Source: Candidatus Hydrothermarchaeota archaeon
GTDB lineage: Archaea; CAYFZR01
Direction of reading: 5' to 3'
Length of the DNA: 27,704 nt
NCBI GenBank assembly: GCA_046760505.1
Contig: JBHIEG010000024.1
Location: 1 to 27,704, forward strand
Part shown: positions 1 to 9,766 of the stretch, in pieces
Layout of the letters: each line of letters begins with the position of its first letter
Numbering within the stretch: the first letter of the stretch is position 1
Notes under the pieces: model-generated
What the model was told of the DNA's origin: nothing
What the model saw: the letters and a program-made list of their open reading frames with translations, nothing else
Databases searched by the model: none
Position numbers and translations under genes: made by a program

Positions 1-407
1 TCACTGGATTACGGGGGGAGCACTCAGTGTGGTTGTATATCATGTAATTGATTTCCCAGACAGGGTCTCCTTCCCATACGTCGTCAGGGTTACGATAACG
101 CCTGGTTTGAATCCATATTCGACATCAAGCCAATTAAAGAACTCATTGGACATGAATTGGATGTTCTCTTTACTCTCATGACCTTTATGTTTAACATTAA
201 CTGTAAGAAGTAATTCCGCAAGTTATTGACGCCATCGTACACGTCACCGCTCTTGATTACTACTTTATCCACCCAGACATGTACTTCTTTTACTTTTGGT
301 TGGGGTCCAGGTCCGGGAGGACCGAGGTGTGCCTCTGCAACCGGCAAATATGTAAGAATTAAGAGTATACAGAAAATTGGTTTCCAAAAACCCTTACTCA
401 TCTTCAT
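1..407 (-). pseudogene. Secreted protein gene, apparently frameshifted; runs off the left edge of the window
   Basis: N-terminal signal peptide (MSKGFWKPIFCILLILTYLPVAEA) and a Pro-rich linker. After about nt 222, protein-like sequence continues in a second frame (AELLLTVNVKHKGHESKENIQF, open 222-40) and then a third frame (NPDDVWEGDPVWEINYMIYNHTEC, open 124-1). A GGAGG SD lies upstream. Confidence 0.45.
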
Positions 408-835
408 CCTCCTTTTCTACTCTTGCTTGGATTAACAACAACGGTGAGTTTCTCGGTGACTGTTTGAACGCCCTCTGTTGCCTTGACTTGTAAATTGTAC
501 GTTCCAGGAGCGACTCCAGATAATGGCATCTCAATTTGAAAAACCGGGTATTGAGGATCCGGCTGGATAACGATTGTGTGTATGGCTGTATGTCCAGAAA
601 CGCTCAACCTGACCCGATCTTGGGAGCCAAAAACCACTGCCGTAACCACAGGCTCTCTATTCTCCTTTGTGCTCACGAAATTCGGAACGATGGGAATCTG
701 GAAGGGCAGCAAGATCGGCTCTGAGCTGATATTTCCGGCTGATTTAACCATTAAGGCCTTGCAAAAAGCTTTCTTATAGAGTTCAAGAGCTTTCTGAGGA
801 TCTTCCTCTGATATTTGCTGGACAGCAGCCTCAAA
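404..835 (-). pseudogene. C-terminal fragment of a protein ending in an Ig/beta-sandwich-like domain (5'-truncated)
   Basis: The frame of ORF 404..751 stays open upstream of the ATG with protein-like sequence (EAAVQQISEEDPQKALELYKKAFCKAL), with no credible start or SD before a stop near 870. The C-terminus GVAPGTYNLQVKAT...LTVVV is typical of Ig-like domains. Confidence 0.45.
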
Positions 836-1078
836 GCGGTGAGGGGATACGACTTGTGGTGGAGCACTGACTCAGGGGCTGACCTTAAACAGGTAGAAAT
901 AGAGTATGTTAAGAAATTGGAAGAAGAACTCTACGAGGCCCGTTCAACATGCATTATAAAAATCACGAGGGCGAAGGAATACCATCCAAGCGAGCCTCCT
1001 GAGGAAAGTACTGCAAGGATAACAATGAAGGTCAATGATGCTCTGCATGTGGAAGAATTTGATTTTGAATGGGTTTAG
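815..1078 (+). pseudogene. Hypothetical protein, probably a 5'-truncated fragment
   Basis: Protein-like composition from AVRGYDLWW to FDFEWV. The TTG start lies inside the opposite-strand coding fragment, with no SD and no room for a promoter. Confidence 0.4.
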
Positions 1079-1117
1079 GATTAAATCAACTCAAAGAACT
1101 TGTCAGATGAGCGTTAT

Positions 1118-2584
1118 CTAAACAGGCCCCATTCCCCTTATAAAAGAGCGTAAAAACATCAATACCGGTATAATTTCTAACCTTCCTACCCACATATTAA
1201 ATATTAGCATTATCTTAGCCAGAGCAGGCATGCTTGGATTTGTTATTCCCGTGGATAAGCCTACATTTCCTTGGGCGCTTGCTACTTCAAAGAATACGTC
1301 TCCTAACGTATAATTGGATGGTACAAGATGTAGAAGTACAAGTATTCCTAGAAACAAGAAAATTATCCAGAGAACCGCTATTAGTGCTACCTCCCCAAGT
1401 TCCCTGTTTAGTTCTTCGTCTGATAGTTTTTTATCTCCAAGAGTAAAGTATACAACCGCGCTTAAAGGGAGGGATGCTCTCCTAAACCACCATCCGACTC
1501 CTTTATAAAAAATAACCATTCTTGCAAGTTTTATTCCTCCTGCAGTAGAGCCTGCTGCCCCCCCTATTATCATAGCCAATCCTATTAAAAGACGACTTGT
1601 CTCGCTCCACTTTTTCACATCGAATGTTTGAAATCCCGTGCACGTAAGACCTGATATGAACTGAAATCCTGAGTATCTTAGAGAAAGGGAAATATCTTTA
1701 TAGTAAATGTAATTTTCTCCTACAAGGATCAAAACTCCTAGAATAATTAATGAAAAAAGGGCTTTACACTGAATATCTTTTAAAAATGCTTTTATATCGC
1801 CCTTCAATACCTTGTAGTGAATTAAAAAAGGTATCGCACCCATTATCATTATTGGTACTGTCATTAGTTCGATCAAAATGTTGTTGTAAGATCCTAAACT
1901 TTTGCTCTTAATGGTAAATCCTCCCGTCGCAATACCGGTCATAGAATGGTTTAAACTATCCCAGAAAGGCATTCCAGAAACATAAAGCAAAACAAATGAT
2001 ACTCCTGTGAGTAATAGATATATCCACCATATGGTTCTTACTGTAGATACTATACTAGGATATATGCGCTCTTCCCTTGCCTCGGATTTATATAATCTAA
2101 ACAAACCAGTTCCAGGACGAGTGATAATCGATACCATCAGTACAATTACTCCTACGCCTCCTACCCATTGCATGAGACTTCTCCAGAATTGCATGCTGTG
2201 GTGAAGGTTTTCTGGAGTGGATACCATGGTCAATCCAGTTCCAGTCCAGCCCGACATCCCTTCAAAGAATGAATCTAGAAAAGACATTTTTTCTATGAGA
2301 ATAAATGGTATTGAGCCTATTAGTGGGGCTATTAGCCAGGAAATTGCTGCTATGATCATTGCGTGTCTTAGTTCAGGCTCTTTGGCACCTTTAAAGAAGT
2401 ATCTTAGAAGATAACCAACTGAAACTGATGTTAATCCAAGAAGTAAAAAGATCCTTACCGCGAAAAATTCTTTAAATACGATTGATGGGATTATCTCGAT
2501 GAATGAAACAAATCCTATCACAAGCATTACGTTTCCAAGATCCCTTAGCACGATCCTTTGATCCAAGCTAAGCAAAGCGACCAC
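1118..2584 (-). CDS. trkH: Trk-system potassium uptake membrane protein TrkH
   Basis: 488-aa polytopic protein with four P-loop filter motifs (SGWTGTG, ATGGF, TCTGF, GNVGLS), GSTAGGIK and MWVGRLEI. Confidence 0.95.
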   Translation of the reverse strand: MVALLSLDQRIVLRDLGNVMLVIGFVSFIEIIPSIVFKEFFAVRIFLLLGLTSVSVGYLLRYFFKGAKEPELRHAMIIAAISWLIAPLIGSIPFILIEKMSFLDSFFEGMSGWTGTGLTMVSTPENLHHSMQFWRSLMQWVGGVGVIVLMVSIITRPGTGLFRLYKSEAREERIYPSIVSTVRTIWWIYLLLTGVSFVLLYVSGMPFWDSLNHSMTGIATGGFTIKSKSLGSYNNILIELMTVPIMIMGAIPFLIHYKVLKGDIKAFLKDIQCKALFSLIILGVLILVGENYIYYKDISLSLRYSGFQFISGLTCTGFQTFDVKKWSETSRLLIGLAMIIGGAAGSTAGGIKLARMVIFYKGVGWWFRRASLPLSAVVYFTLGDKKLSDEELNRELGEVALIAVLWIIFLFLGILVLLHLVPSNYTLGDVFFEVASAQGNVGLSTGITNPSMPALAKIMLIFNMWVGRLEIIPVLMFLRSFIRGMGPV

Positions 2585-3232
2585 TTAGAATAATGCTGTA
2601 ACCCTTTCGACCTGATTTTCTGGTACAAATATGTATGCTATATCTCCCGCCATTATCTTTGTGTTTCCTTTTGGAATAATCAGCTCATTGTTTCTCTCAA
2701 TCGCAATTACGAGTACATCTTCACCGAAAGGTATGTCAGCTATGTTTTTTCCTGCTATTTCAGAGTTTTCTCCAACTATTATAGAAAGAATCTCAGCCTT
2801 ACCACTCATTACTTCCATGAAATCCTTTATGCTTGGTTTTTGAATTGACTTATATAGGTGCTCAGCTACAAGTAGATCTGGATTCTCTTGTATACTTACT
2901 CCTGCATTTACGAACATGTTTATGTGCTCTTCTTTGTTTACTACCGATACAACACTCTTTATACCGAGATCTCTTGCCACCAAAACCGTCATTAAGTTTA
3001 CCGCATCATCGCTTGTTGTAACTATGAGAGCATCTGCTCTAGATCCTCCTGCCTCTTCCAGAACCGATTTTGATGTAGAATCTCCCACTATAGAGATAAC
3101 ATCATATTTTTGGGCTATCTGTTTACATCTCTCGGCATCTTTGTCTATCACGACGACATCGTTTTTATCTCTTGTAGCAAGGCTTACAAGATTCTTTCCT
3201 ATTCCCCCTAATCCAACCACGATTATGTACAT
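2585..3232 (-). CDS. trkA: TrkA-family potassium uptake regulatory subunit (RCK_N + RCK_C)
   Basis: N-terminal Rossmann motif IIVVGLGGIG, GDST...LEEAG, C-terminal IAIER..IIPKGNTKI; abuts trkH. Confidence 0.93.
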   Translation of the reverse strand: MYIIVVGLGGIGKNLVSLATRDKNDVVVIDKDAERCKQIAQKYDVISIVGDSTSKSVLEEAGGSRADALIVTTSDDAVNLMTVLVARDLGIKSVVSVVNKEEHINMFVNAGVSIQENPDLLVAEHLYKSIQKPSIKDFMEVMSGKAEILSIIVGENSEIAGKNIADIPFGEDVLVIAIERNNELIIPKGNTKIMAGDIAYIFVPENQVERVTALF

Positions 3233-3252
3233 GAGGATGAGGTTTTATCTTT

Positions 3253-4542
3253 CTATGGTATAAGCCTTTGCCTGTCTCTGGGAAAAAGAACCGCTTCCCT
3301 TATATTCTTTAGACCACATATGCTCATGAGGAGTCTCTCCAAGCCTAGGCCCCATCCTGCATGAGGCGGCATACCGTATCTAAAAGCATCTAAATAATAC
3401 TTGAAACTCTCAGGATTCAACCCTTGAGATTTTATTCTCTCTATAAGTTGATCTACCTCATGCACTCTTGTGGCTCCCGAGGCAAGCTCTATTTCTCCTA
3501 GCATTAGATCAAATGTTTCTGTGAGTTCTTTATTTTCCTTTTGCTTTGCATAGAAAGGTTTTGTCTGAGTTGGCCAATCAATTATAAAGTAGGGTTCCTC
3601 GTAAAATTCAGAAAGTTTCTTCAAGGCTGGTGTTGACAGGTCTTCTCCCCAGTGCACTTCTACATGGGATGAAAGTATATCTATTACTTCAGAGTATGTA
3701 AGGGTCTCAAATTTCTTTGGTATGTTCAAATCTCTGTTTAGAGTATCTAATTCGTCTCCGCATCTTTTTTTTATTTCTTTAAAAATTTCTATCAGGAGAT
3801 TTTTTAACAGATCCATTACGTCTTTATAATCAGAAAACGCGGCTTCTATATCTACGGATGTAATCTCGTTAAGGTGCCTTCTGGTTGAATGTTCTTCTGC
3901 TCTGAATATTGGACCTATCTCGAAGACCTTATCAAAGCCGGTAGCCATCAACATCTGCTTGTAGAGTTGAGGACTTTGTACTAGGAAGGCTTCCCTCTCA
4001 AAGTAGGATATGGGAAAAAGCTCAGTTCCTCCCTCTGTTGCTGAAGCAACTATTTTTGGTGTATTCACCTCCAAAAAACCCTCTTTTCTTAGAAATCTTC
4101 TTATCGTGTCGAGTGTTTCATCTCTTATCTTGAAAATTGCTTGTGTCTCTATTCTTCTAAGATCCATTACTCTTGCGTTCAATCTTGTGTCAATGTCAGC
4201 GCTAACCTTCCCTGTTGGATCTAAAGGCAGTTGTGTATCTGATCTGCTAATTATCTCGATTTTCTCTGGAATTATCTCTACTCCCTGAGGAGCTTTTTCA
4301 AATGCTCTTACCTTTCCCTCAACTCCGATAAGGTCTTCTCTATGTAGCTCATCTATTTTTTCAAAGATTTTGCTATCTATTCTTTGTTTTGGGGCTGTTA
4401 TCTGTATGAATCCGCTCCTATCTCTAAGGACTATGAACTTAATTCCCCCCAAATCTCTGATCTCGTGGACCCAACCGGTAACCGAGACGTTTGATTCACT
4501 CAATTCCGGCCTTACTTCACTAGCGTAGTGAGATCTCTTCAT
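3253..4542 (-). CDS. aspS: Aspartate--tRNA(Asp/Asn) ligase, archaeal non-discriminating type
   Basis: OB-fold [11 protein letters not shown], class II motifs [12 protein letters not shown] and [14 protein letters not shown]-terminal FPRD. Start moved to ATG 4542 (MKRSHY), just after the upstream stop. Confidence 0.95.
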   Translation of the reverse strand: MKRSHYASEVRPELSESNVSVTGWVHEIRDLGGIKFIVLRDRSGFIQITAPKQRIDSKIFEKIDELHREDLIGVEGKVRAFEKAPQGVEIIPEKIEIISRSDTQLPLDPTGKVSADIDTRLNARVMDLRRIETQAIFKIRDETLDTIRRFLRKEGFLEVNTPKIVASATEGGTELFPISYFEREAFLVQSPQLYKQMLMATGFDKVFEIGPIFRAEEHSTRRHLNEITSVDIEAAFSDYKDVMDLLKNLLIEIFKEIKKRCGDELDTLNRDLNIPKKFETLTYSEVIDILSSHVEVHWGEDLSTPALKKLSEFYEEPYFIIDWPTQTKPFYAKQKENKELTETFDLMLGEIELASGATRVHEVDQLIERIKSQGLNPESFKYYLDAFRYGMPPHAGWGLGLERLLMSICGLKNIREAVLFPRDRQRLIP

Positions 4543-4543
4543 G

Positions 4544-5305
4544 TTAGAACTCCAGTATTCTTTTATTTGAGAGTTCTTTGAGTCTGTCAACTATATACTT
4601 AAGTGTTTCCTGAAGACATCTGTTGTTGTCGAACTCATTTACAATTCTTTCTAGTTTTGATTTCTCCATGTTTTTTAAATTCTTCACATCTTCTATGAGC
4701 AAGGGCATAGCTCTGATTATGTTATCCACTATGGTTATGGAAGCGGCTCGAGAAGTTCTTGATAGAGGATTCAGATCTACAGCAATTACCGTCTTATTCA
4801 TCTTTCTTAGAGCTTCTGTCCTATCTCCATCTTCTAATGGAACAAAAACTACATCAGAAGAGTAAATACCTTCTTTGCTTACTCTTGACCTCTCGCTACT
4901 CAGATCAGGTATTCTCGCAGTATCATCTGCCAAAATATTATTTGCCCCATTTTCAACCAGTAATTTTCTTATTTTTTCTATCCTCTCCTCACTCCTATGA
5001 AAAAGATTTATTTCCAGAGGAACGTTTAAAATACTGGAGAGCTCTATCAGTTCTTTTGTTACGAGAACTGCGGTATTTCCATTAACAGAAATGACAGGTT
5101 TTTTTGCGAGTATTAATTTCGCGGCTGAGACTCTTATTGCCTTTCTAGCAGGAGGAATTGTTACTTCTCCAAGCAGATAATCAAAGGTCTCTCCCCTTCC
5201 ATGGGCTATTAAACCAGCGACTGCAACTATTCCTTCCTCTATACCCTCCACCAATTTTTCTCTCTGACGAAGGGATTCAGCTCTTGGGTGGTCTTCTGGT
5301 ATCAT
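4544..5305 (-). CDS. 4-phosphopantoate--beta-alanine ligase (phosphopantothenate synthetase, PPS)
   Basis: Family signatures [36 protein letters not shown] and DLNPLSRT. Confidence 0.93.
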   Translation of the reverse strand: MIPEDHPRAESLRQREKLVEGIEEGIVAVAGLIAHGRGETFDYLLGEVTIPPARKAIRVSAAKLILAKKPVISVNGNTAVLVTKELIELSSILNVPLEINLFHRSEERIEKIRKLLVENGANNILADDTARIPDLSSERSRVSKEGIYSSDVVFVPLEDGDRTEALRKMNKTVIAVDLNPLSRTSRAASITIVDNIIRAMPLLIEDVKNLKNMEKSKLERIVNEFDNNRCLQETLKYIVDRLKELSNKRILEF

Positions 5306-6168
5306 AGTAATCTGGCTCCGTACCTAGAAACATTAGTCACCACAAGATTATATCCCTTTAGGAGTGGGATAGCATCTAAGTCTCTTGAGACCACAAACAC
5401 AGTGTTGCCGAGCATTGCCATGCTTGCCATGAAGCCATTTTCTTCCATCTTCTTGATTATTTCAAAAACCTCTTTGCTCATCAAGCCTATCGAAAAGGCG
5501 AAATTTCTGGAGAGTTCCATGAATTTGTCAACAGTTTTTTTCCTTTTTAGGTTTTCAAGAGACTTCAAGCCGAATTTGTTTATGTTTTCTTTATGTAAAG
5601 GATCTGTAATGATTCTTTTCGTATCTAAAGGACTTAAACAGGCGCATATAACCTTGTATCGCTCATCAGGTATGTGGTCTACCTTCCCTACGGCTGGAGC
5701 ACCAGGAGAAACCCTGATCTCAAAGCCATGAGTAGTTTCTGCAATAACGTCCCCAAGTCCGCTCATGTTAGCTATCTCCGCTCTATGGGCTATTTGGGCG
5801 AGATAATTATAACTGTAACCTAAGCCTAATGCATCGTTCAGTGCCAAGGAGAGACTTAGGGCGCATGCACCACTGGTTCCGAATCCAACACCTCTTGGAA
5901 CATCGAGTACGTGTCTCACCTCTATTTTCAGATTACCTTTGGCAAGTTTGTCCACTACGTATTTAGAGACAGGGTAATCCTCAGGTACATTGTTTATGAA
6001 TATACTCAGTTCCCTCTTGTCACTCTCCTTAATTCGAACTGAGGTCTTTACGCCCTTCGATGTAACGATTCCAGCGCCCATGGATCCTTTGTGAAGAGGA
6101 TCATTGTCTTCATCACATATAACAAAAAAACCGGTTATATGTCCTGGTGAGTAAGAAAGAGACTCCAT
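5302..6168 (-). CDS. Pantoate kinase (GHMP family, PoK)
   Basis: [14 protein letters not shown], the GHMP loop [20 protein letters not shown] and MAMLGNTVF; ATGA overlap with the PPS gene. Confidence 0.93.
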   Translation of the reverse strand: MESLSYSPGHITGFFVICDEDNDPLHKGSMGAGIVTSKGVKTSVRIKESDKRELSIFINNVPEDYPVSKYVVDKLAKGNLKIEVRHVLDVPRGVGFGTSGACALSLSLALNDALGLGYSYNYLAQIAHRAEIANMSGLGDVIAETTHGFEIRVSPGAPAVGKVDHIPDERYKVICACLSPLDTKRIITDPLHKENINKFGLKSLENLKRKKTVDKFMELSRNFAFSIGLMSKEVFEIIKKMEENGFMASMAMLGNTVFVVSRDLDAIPLLKGYNLVVTNVSRYGARLL

Positions 6169-6172
6169 TGAA

Positions 6173-7408
6173 TCACCTTAGATGAGAGAGAATGGAGTCA
6201 AGTATCCTATGTGCCACTTCTAATTTATTTGTCAGAGGTATGTGCTCCACCTTCTTCTCTTTGTCAATTATGAAAACCTCATTTGTTGGGGTACCAAAGC
6301 CTACACCTTCTCTGGATACGTCGTTTGCTACTATCATATCCATATCGACTGATTTTAATCTCTCGTATGCTCTTTCTATCAATTCTTCGTCCGAGACATC
6401 ATACTCTGCTTTAAAACCTACCAAAAATATGTTTTTATCAAAAGACCTCACATAATCCACGATTTTGGGGGTTCTCTTGAGTTTAACAACTAAACTCTCT
6501 TTTGTAGAGCTTATTTTTCTCTCTTCTCCCTCACAACAGAAATCTGCTGCTGCCGCGGCTCCGATGAATATATCAAATTTGTTTGATTCTGTTTCTTTTT
6601 TCACTGCATCGTACATCTCACTGGTTGTATTCACATTTATTACCTTGCATAAAGGAGGTCTAACAGTTCCAGGTCCGTATACTATGGTAACATCTCCACC
6701 TCTTGCCAATGCAGCCTTAGCGAGTGATATTCCCATTAAACCGGAACTTTTGTTCGTTATTATCCTGATGGGATCTACAGGCTCTATCGTTGGTCCAACA
6801 GTAATTAATATCTTCTTTCCTGAGAGATCCTTATCCTTGTAAAGGATCTCTATTACCTTCTCTACAATGTCGGTTATGTTTGCTATCTTTGCTTTTTCCT
6901 CTTCTATTCTGGGCTCAACCAAGTATATATTCATTTTTTTTATTTTTTCTATATTTTCCTGTATGGAAGGGTGTTTATACATTGACTCATGCATGGCAGG
7001 GGCGATTAGAATAGGTATGGAAGATCCAATAGCCGTTGAAACAACGGTCGTTACAGAGGTATCATCTATACCGCTCGCGATTTTTGAAAGTGTGTTTGCT
7101 GTGCATGGTGCTACCAGTATCAGATCTGCTTTTTCAGGAAGATCTCCTGCAAGGGAAACATGCTCGACGAGACCTGTGAGTTTTGTTATCACCCTTTTAC
7201 CCGTAGCAAATTCCATGGCATTAGGGTGAATTATCTCCCTCGCAGAGGGAGACATAACGCTATAAACATCTGCTCCATGTCTTACTAACTCTCTTGCTAA
7301 TTTAGGAGATTCTATTGCTGCTATACTACCAGTAACGCATAGAACAATTTTTTTATTCTCCAGCAACCTGCTTTTCGATCCCTTTATCCTTTCTATGGGG
7401 TGTTTCAA
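6173..7408 (-). CDS. coaBC: Bifunctional phosphopantothenoylcysteine decarboxylase / phosphopantothenate--cysteine ligase
   Basis: VTGSIAA, APCTANT and PAMH..M (CoaC); GPT.E.DP.R.ITN.SSG.MG, GFKAE and IVANDV (CoaB). Confidence 0.95.
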   Translation of the reverse strand: MKHPIERIKGSKSRLLENKKIVLCVTGSIAAIESPKLARELVRHGADVYSVMSPSAREIIHPNAMEFATGKRVITKLTGLVEHVSLAGDLPEKADLILVAPCTANTLSKIASGIDDTSVTTVVSTAIGSSIPILIAPAMHESMYKHPSIQENIEKIKKMNIYLVEPRIEEEKAKIANITDIVEKVIEILYKDKDLSGKKILITVGPTIEPVDPIRIITNKSSGLMGISLAKAALARGGDVTIVYGPGTVRPPLCKVINVNTTSEMYDAVKKETESNKFDIFIGAAAAADFCCEGEERKISSTKESLVVKLKRTPKIVDYVRSFDKNIFLVGFKAEYDVSDEELIERAYERLKSVDMDMIVANDVSREGVGFGTPTNEVFIIDKEKKVEHIPLTNKLEVAHRILDSILSHLR

Positions 7409-7419
7409 ATAACTTCCCC

Positions 7420-7941
7420 CTATTCAGGGACTATTTCCATATATTTACCTGTCAGCAAGCATAATATTTCTTCAAGCACCTTCATGTCTGCTGGAAGTCT
7501 CTTTTCATCATCCTTTGAGATTCTTACCTTAAACCTTTCTTTTCCATCCGGCAAAAATACGATGTTTATTCCGCGGACCTGAGCAGGAGTCAGCAACTCC
7601 TGAGCGATCACCTTTTCATCTTTTGTGTCCTCTATAACTCTTATAGTCTTTCCTATTCTCTTTGATAGTGTTTTTATTATCTTTCCTCCCTTACCAATAA
7701 GACCTCCAACCTTCCCTTCCTTTATTATGATCGCCACAAAATCATCCTTACAAATAGACCTCTTAAACGAGATATCCCTTAGCGTCTTGTACTTGTCTTT
7801 CATACCATAAAGCGCCCTGGATATCTCTACGTCAAGCTCAGAAATTTCTCCTTTTTCAAGTTTATATTCGCAGCCCGGACAAAGGAGATCGCTTTTAACA
7901 CATATTGAACAAACTGGAAATTCCACTCCTCTCCCCTCCAT
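7420..7941 (-). CDS. Archaeal NusA-like KH-domain protein with an N-terminal Zn ribbon
   Basis: CSIC...CPGC followed by the KH motif LIGKGGKIIK.L...GK.IRVIE. Confidence 0.85.
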   Translation of the reverse strand: MEGRGVEFPVCSICVKSDLLCPGCEYKLEKGEISELDVEISRALYGMKDKYKTLRDISFKRSICKDDFVAIIIKEGKVGGLIGKGGKIIKTLSKRIGKTIRVIEDTKDEKVIAQELLTPAQVRGINIVFLPDGKERFKVRISKDDEKRLPADMKVLEEILCLLTGKYMEIVPE

Positions 7942-8006
7942 TCAAAAAAGGGATGAAAGATAAAGGTTATTTTGTTTTAGGATTACAGTGGGTTAGGTTT
8001 GATAGA

Positions 8007-8020
8007 GTTATATACTTTTC
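8007..8020 (-). promoter_or_regulatory. Putative BRE/TATA promoter for the nusA-like/coaBC/aspS/trk run
   Basis: The minus strand reads GAAAAG-TATATAAC about 65 nt upstream of ATG 7941. Confidence 0.55.
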
Positions 8021-8059
8021 GTTCTTTTCAGGAGGAATACGATAATTTTTTCTATGATG

Positions 8060-8368
8060 CTACATCTCCAACTCTTTTTTCAAGAGATCTTTTCTCTTTT
8101 TAGCATTGTAGCCTGTAACTCTTTCTAAGAAATAGTTGAATTTTTTGATGGTTTCTCTCGCAACGAGAGGATCTACATTTTGCTCTGAATTAGTTTCCAC
8201 GAAAAGTTTTTTTCCATTCGTCCATACCTCTAGTTCCTTGATTGCCCCGTATTTTGTAATGTATTTTCCCTCCCTCTCTTCATATTCTGAGAAGATTTCT
8301 TTCATCGCCTTTTGAATGTTTGCTTTGATGTCTTTGGTTAATCCTCTCTTTATGGGGTATTCTCTAAT
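8060..8368 (-). CDS. DUF5611-like small archaeal protein, probably starting at ATT 8368
   Basis: C-terminal FLERVTGYNAKKRK is typical of the family. The frame extends upstream of ATG 8305 as (I)REYPIKRGLTK, with a GGTG SD 5 nt before the ATT. Confidence 0.7.
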   Translation of the reverse strand: MREYPIKRGLTKDIKANIQKAMKEIFSEYEEREGKYITKYGAIKELEVWTNGKKLFVETNSEQNVDPLVARETIKKFNYFLERVTGYNAKKRKDLLKKELEM

Positions 8369-8428
8369 TGTACCACCATCCCTATCCTAGTTTTCTATTT
8401 TTTATTTTAATTCATCTTTAATCTTACA

Positions 8429-9703
8429 TTATCTTAAATCGATGATTTGATCTCTTCTCGGACCCACGGATATGAATTTTATTGGAACGCCTGATAATTT
8501 CTCTATCTTATTGATATAATTTTTAGAATTTTCTGGAAGTTTATCGAAATCTTTTATCTCTCCAATATTTTCCTCCCATCCTGGCAGTTCCTCATACAGC
8601 GGTTCACATCTTTCAAGATCCTCAGTTGTCTCCGGGGGGTACATTAGAATCTCTCCATCTAGTTCGTAGTTTAAGCATATCTTTATGGGATCTATACCGG
8701 TAAGCACATCCAATTTAGTTAGCGCTAGGCTGGTGTAGCCGTTTAGATATATTGCTTTTCTCAACAGAACTCCATCTAGCCATCCACATCTCCTAGGTCT
8801 TCCTGTCGTAGTTCCATACTCACCTCCCGCCTCTCTTATTTTGTCTCCAAGGTTATCTTTAATTTCTGTTGGAAGAGGCCCTTCTCCCACCCTTGTTATG
8901 TAGGCTTTTACCACCCCTATGACTTCATCTACCTTGGTAGGACCGACTCCTAGATTCGAGCAGGCACTTCCAGCCACTGTGCTTGATGATGTAACATACT
9001 TCTGTGTGCCATGGATAACGTCCAAGAATGTTCCTTGAGCCCCTTCAGCAAGGATTTTTCTTCCTTCTCTCAAGCCTTTATTGACCTCGAATGATACGTC
9101 TGTCATATAATCCCTCAATAATTTACCCAGTTCTATGTACCTGGAAATATTTTTCTCACTCATAACCACGCTTTTGTCTCCGCCAAGACTTTCTATCATT
9201 ACTTCTTTAATGGGGGCTACTTTCCTGAGTTTTTCCATAAAAATATTTCCATTTGTAAGGTCATAGAACCTAATTTCATCGCGGGAGGCTTTGTCTTCGT
9301 AAGCAAGTCCTATTCCTCTCTTCGTCGTTCCAATTTTATCTGATCTTGTCATCTCTCTTAAAGAATCTAATTCCATATGATAAGGCATTATTATGCTGGT
9401 CTTTGCATCAACACCTAGTTTTTTTGGGTTTATATCTATTCCGGCTTTTTTTAATTCAGATATCTCTCTTAAAAGGGTTTCTGGATTCATAACAACGCCG
9501 GGACCGATCAACAGCCTTTTATCGTAAAGAACTCCAGAAGGAATGAGGTGCAATCTATATGTTTTTTTATCTACAACAACGGTGTGACCTGCGTTGTCTC
9601 CTCCTTGAAACCTTACGAGAATGTCAAATTCCTTTGCGAGATAATCAACTATCTTTCCCTTTCCTTCGTCACCGAACTGGGCTCCTGTAATTATGGTAAA
9701 CAT
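8429..9703 (-). CDS. purA: Adenylosuccinate synthetase (long, about 424 aa)
   Basis: GAQFGDEGKGK, GGDNAGHT, IGTTKRGIG, EGAQG, GTTTGRPRRCGW and TKLDVL. The likely start is ATG 9703, about 23 nt below a TTTATATA box (leaderless-like). Confidence 0.96.
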   Translation of the reverse strand: MFTIITGAQFGDEGKGKIVDYLAKEFDILVRFQGGDNAGHTVVVDKKTYRLHLIPSGVLYDKRLLIGPGVVMNPETLLREISELKKAGIDINPKKLGVDAKTSIIMPYHMELDSLREMTRSDKIGTTKRGIGLAYEDKASRDEIRFYDLTNGNIFMEKLRKVAPIKEVMIESLGGDKSVVMSEKNISRYIELGKLLRDYMTDVSFEVNKGLREGRKILAEGAQGTFLDVIHGTQKYVTSSSTVAGSACSNLGVGPTKVDEVIGVVKAYITRVGEGPLPTEIKDNLGDKIREAGGEYGTTTGRPRRCGWLDGVLLRKAIYLNGYTSLALTKLDVLTGIDPIKICLNYELDGEILMYPPETTEDLERCEPLYEELPGWEENIGEIKDFDKLPENSKNYINKIEKLSGVPIKFISVGPRRDQIIDLR

Positions 9704-9766
9704 GGGATTATTGAGAATCAATATCTATATAAATAAATTTGTTTTTCAATCCTTTTTACTGGAAAA

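Noticed and set aside
6860-6930. CoaC domain lacks the ACG..G.G Cys clamp (reads EPRIEEEKAK)
   Set aside because: Loss of this Cys motif is already known in archaeal CoaBC proteins, so it is not evidence of inactivation.
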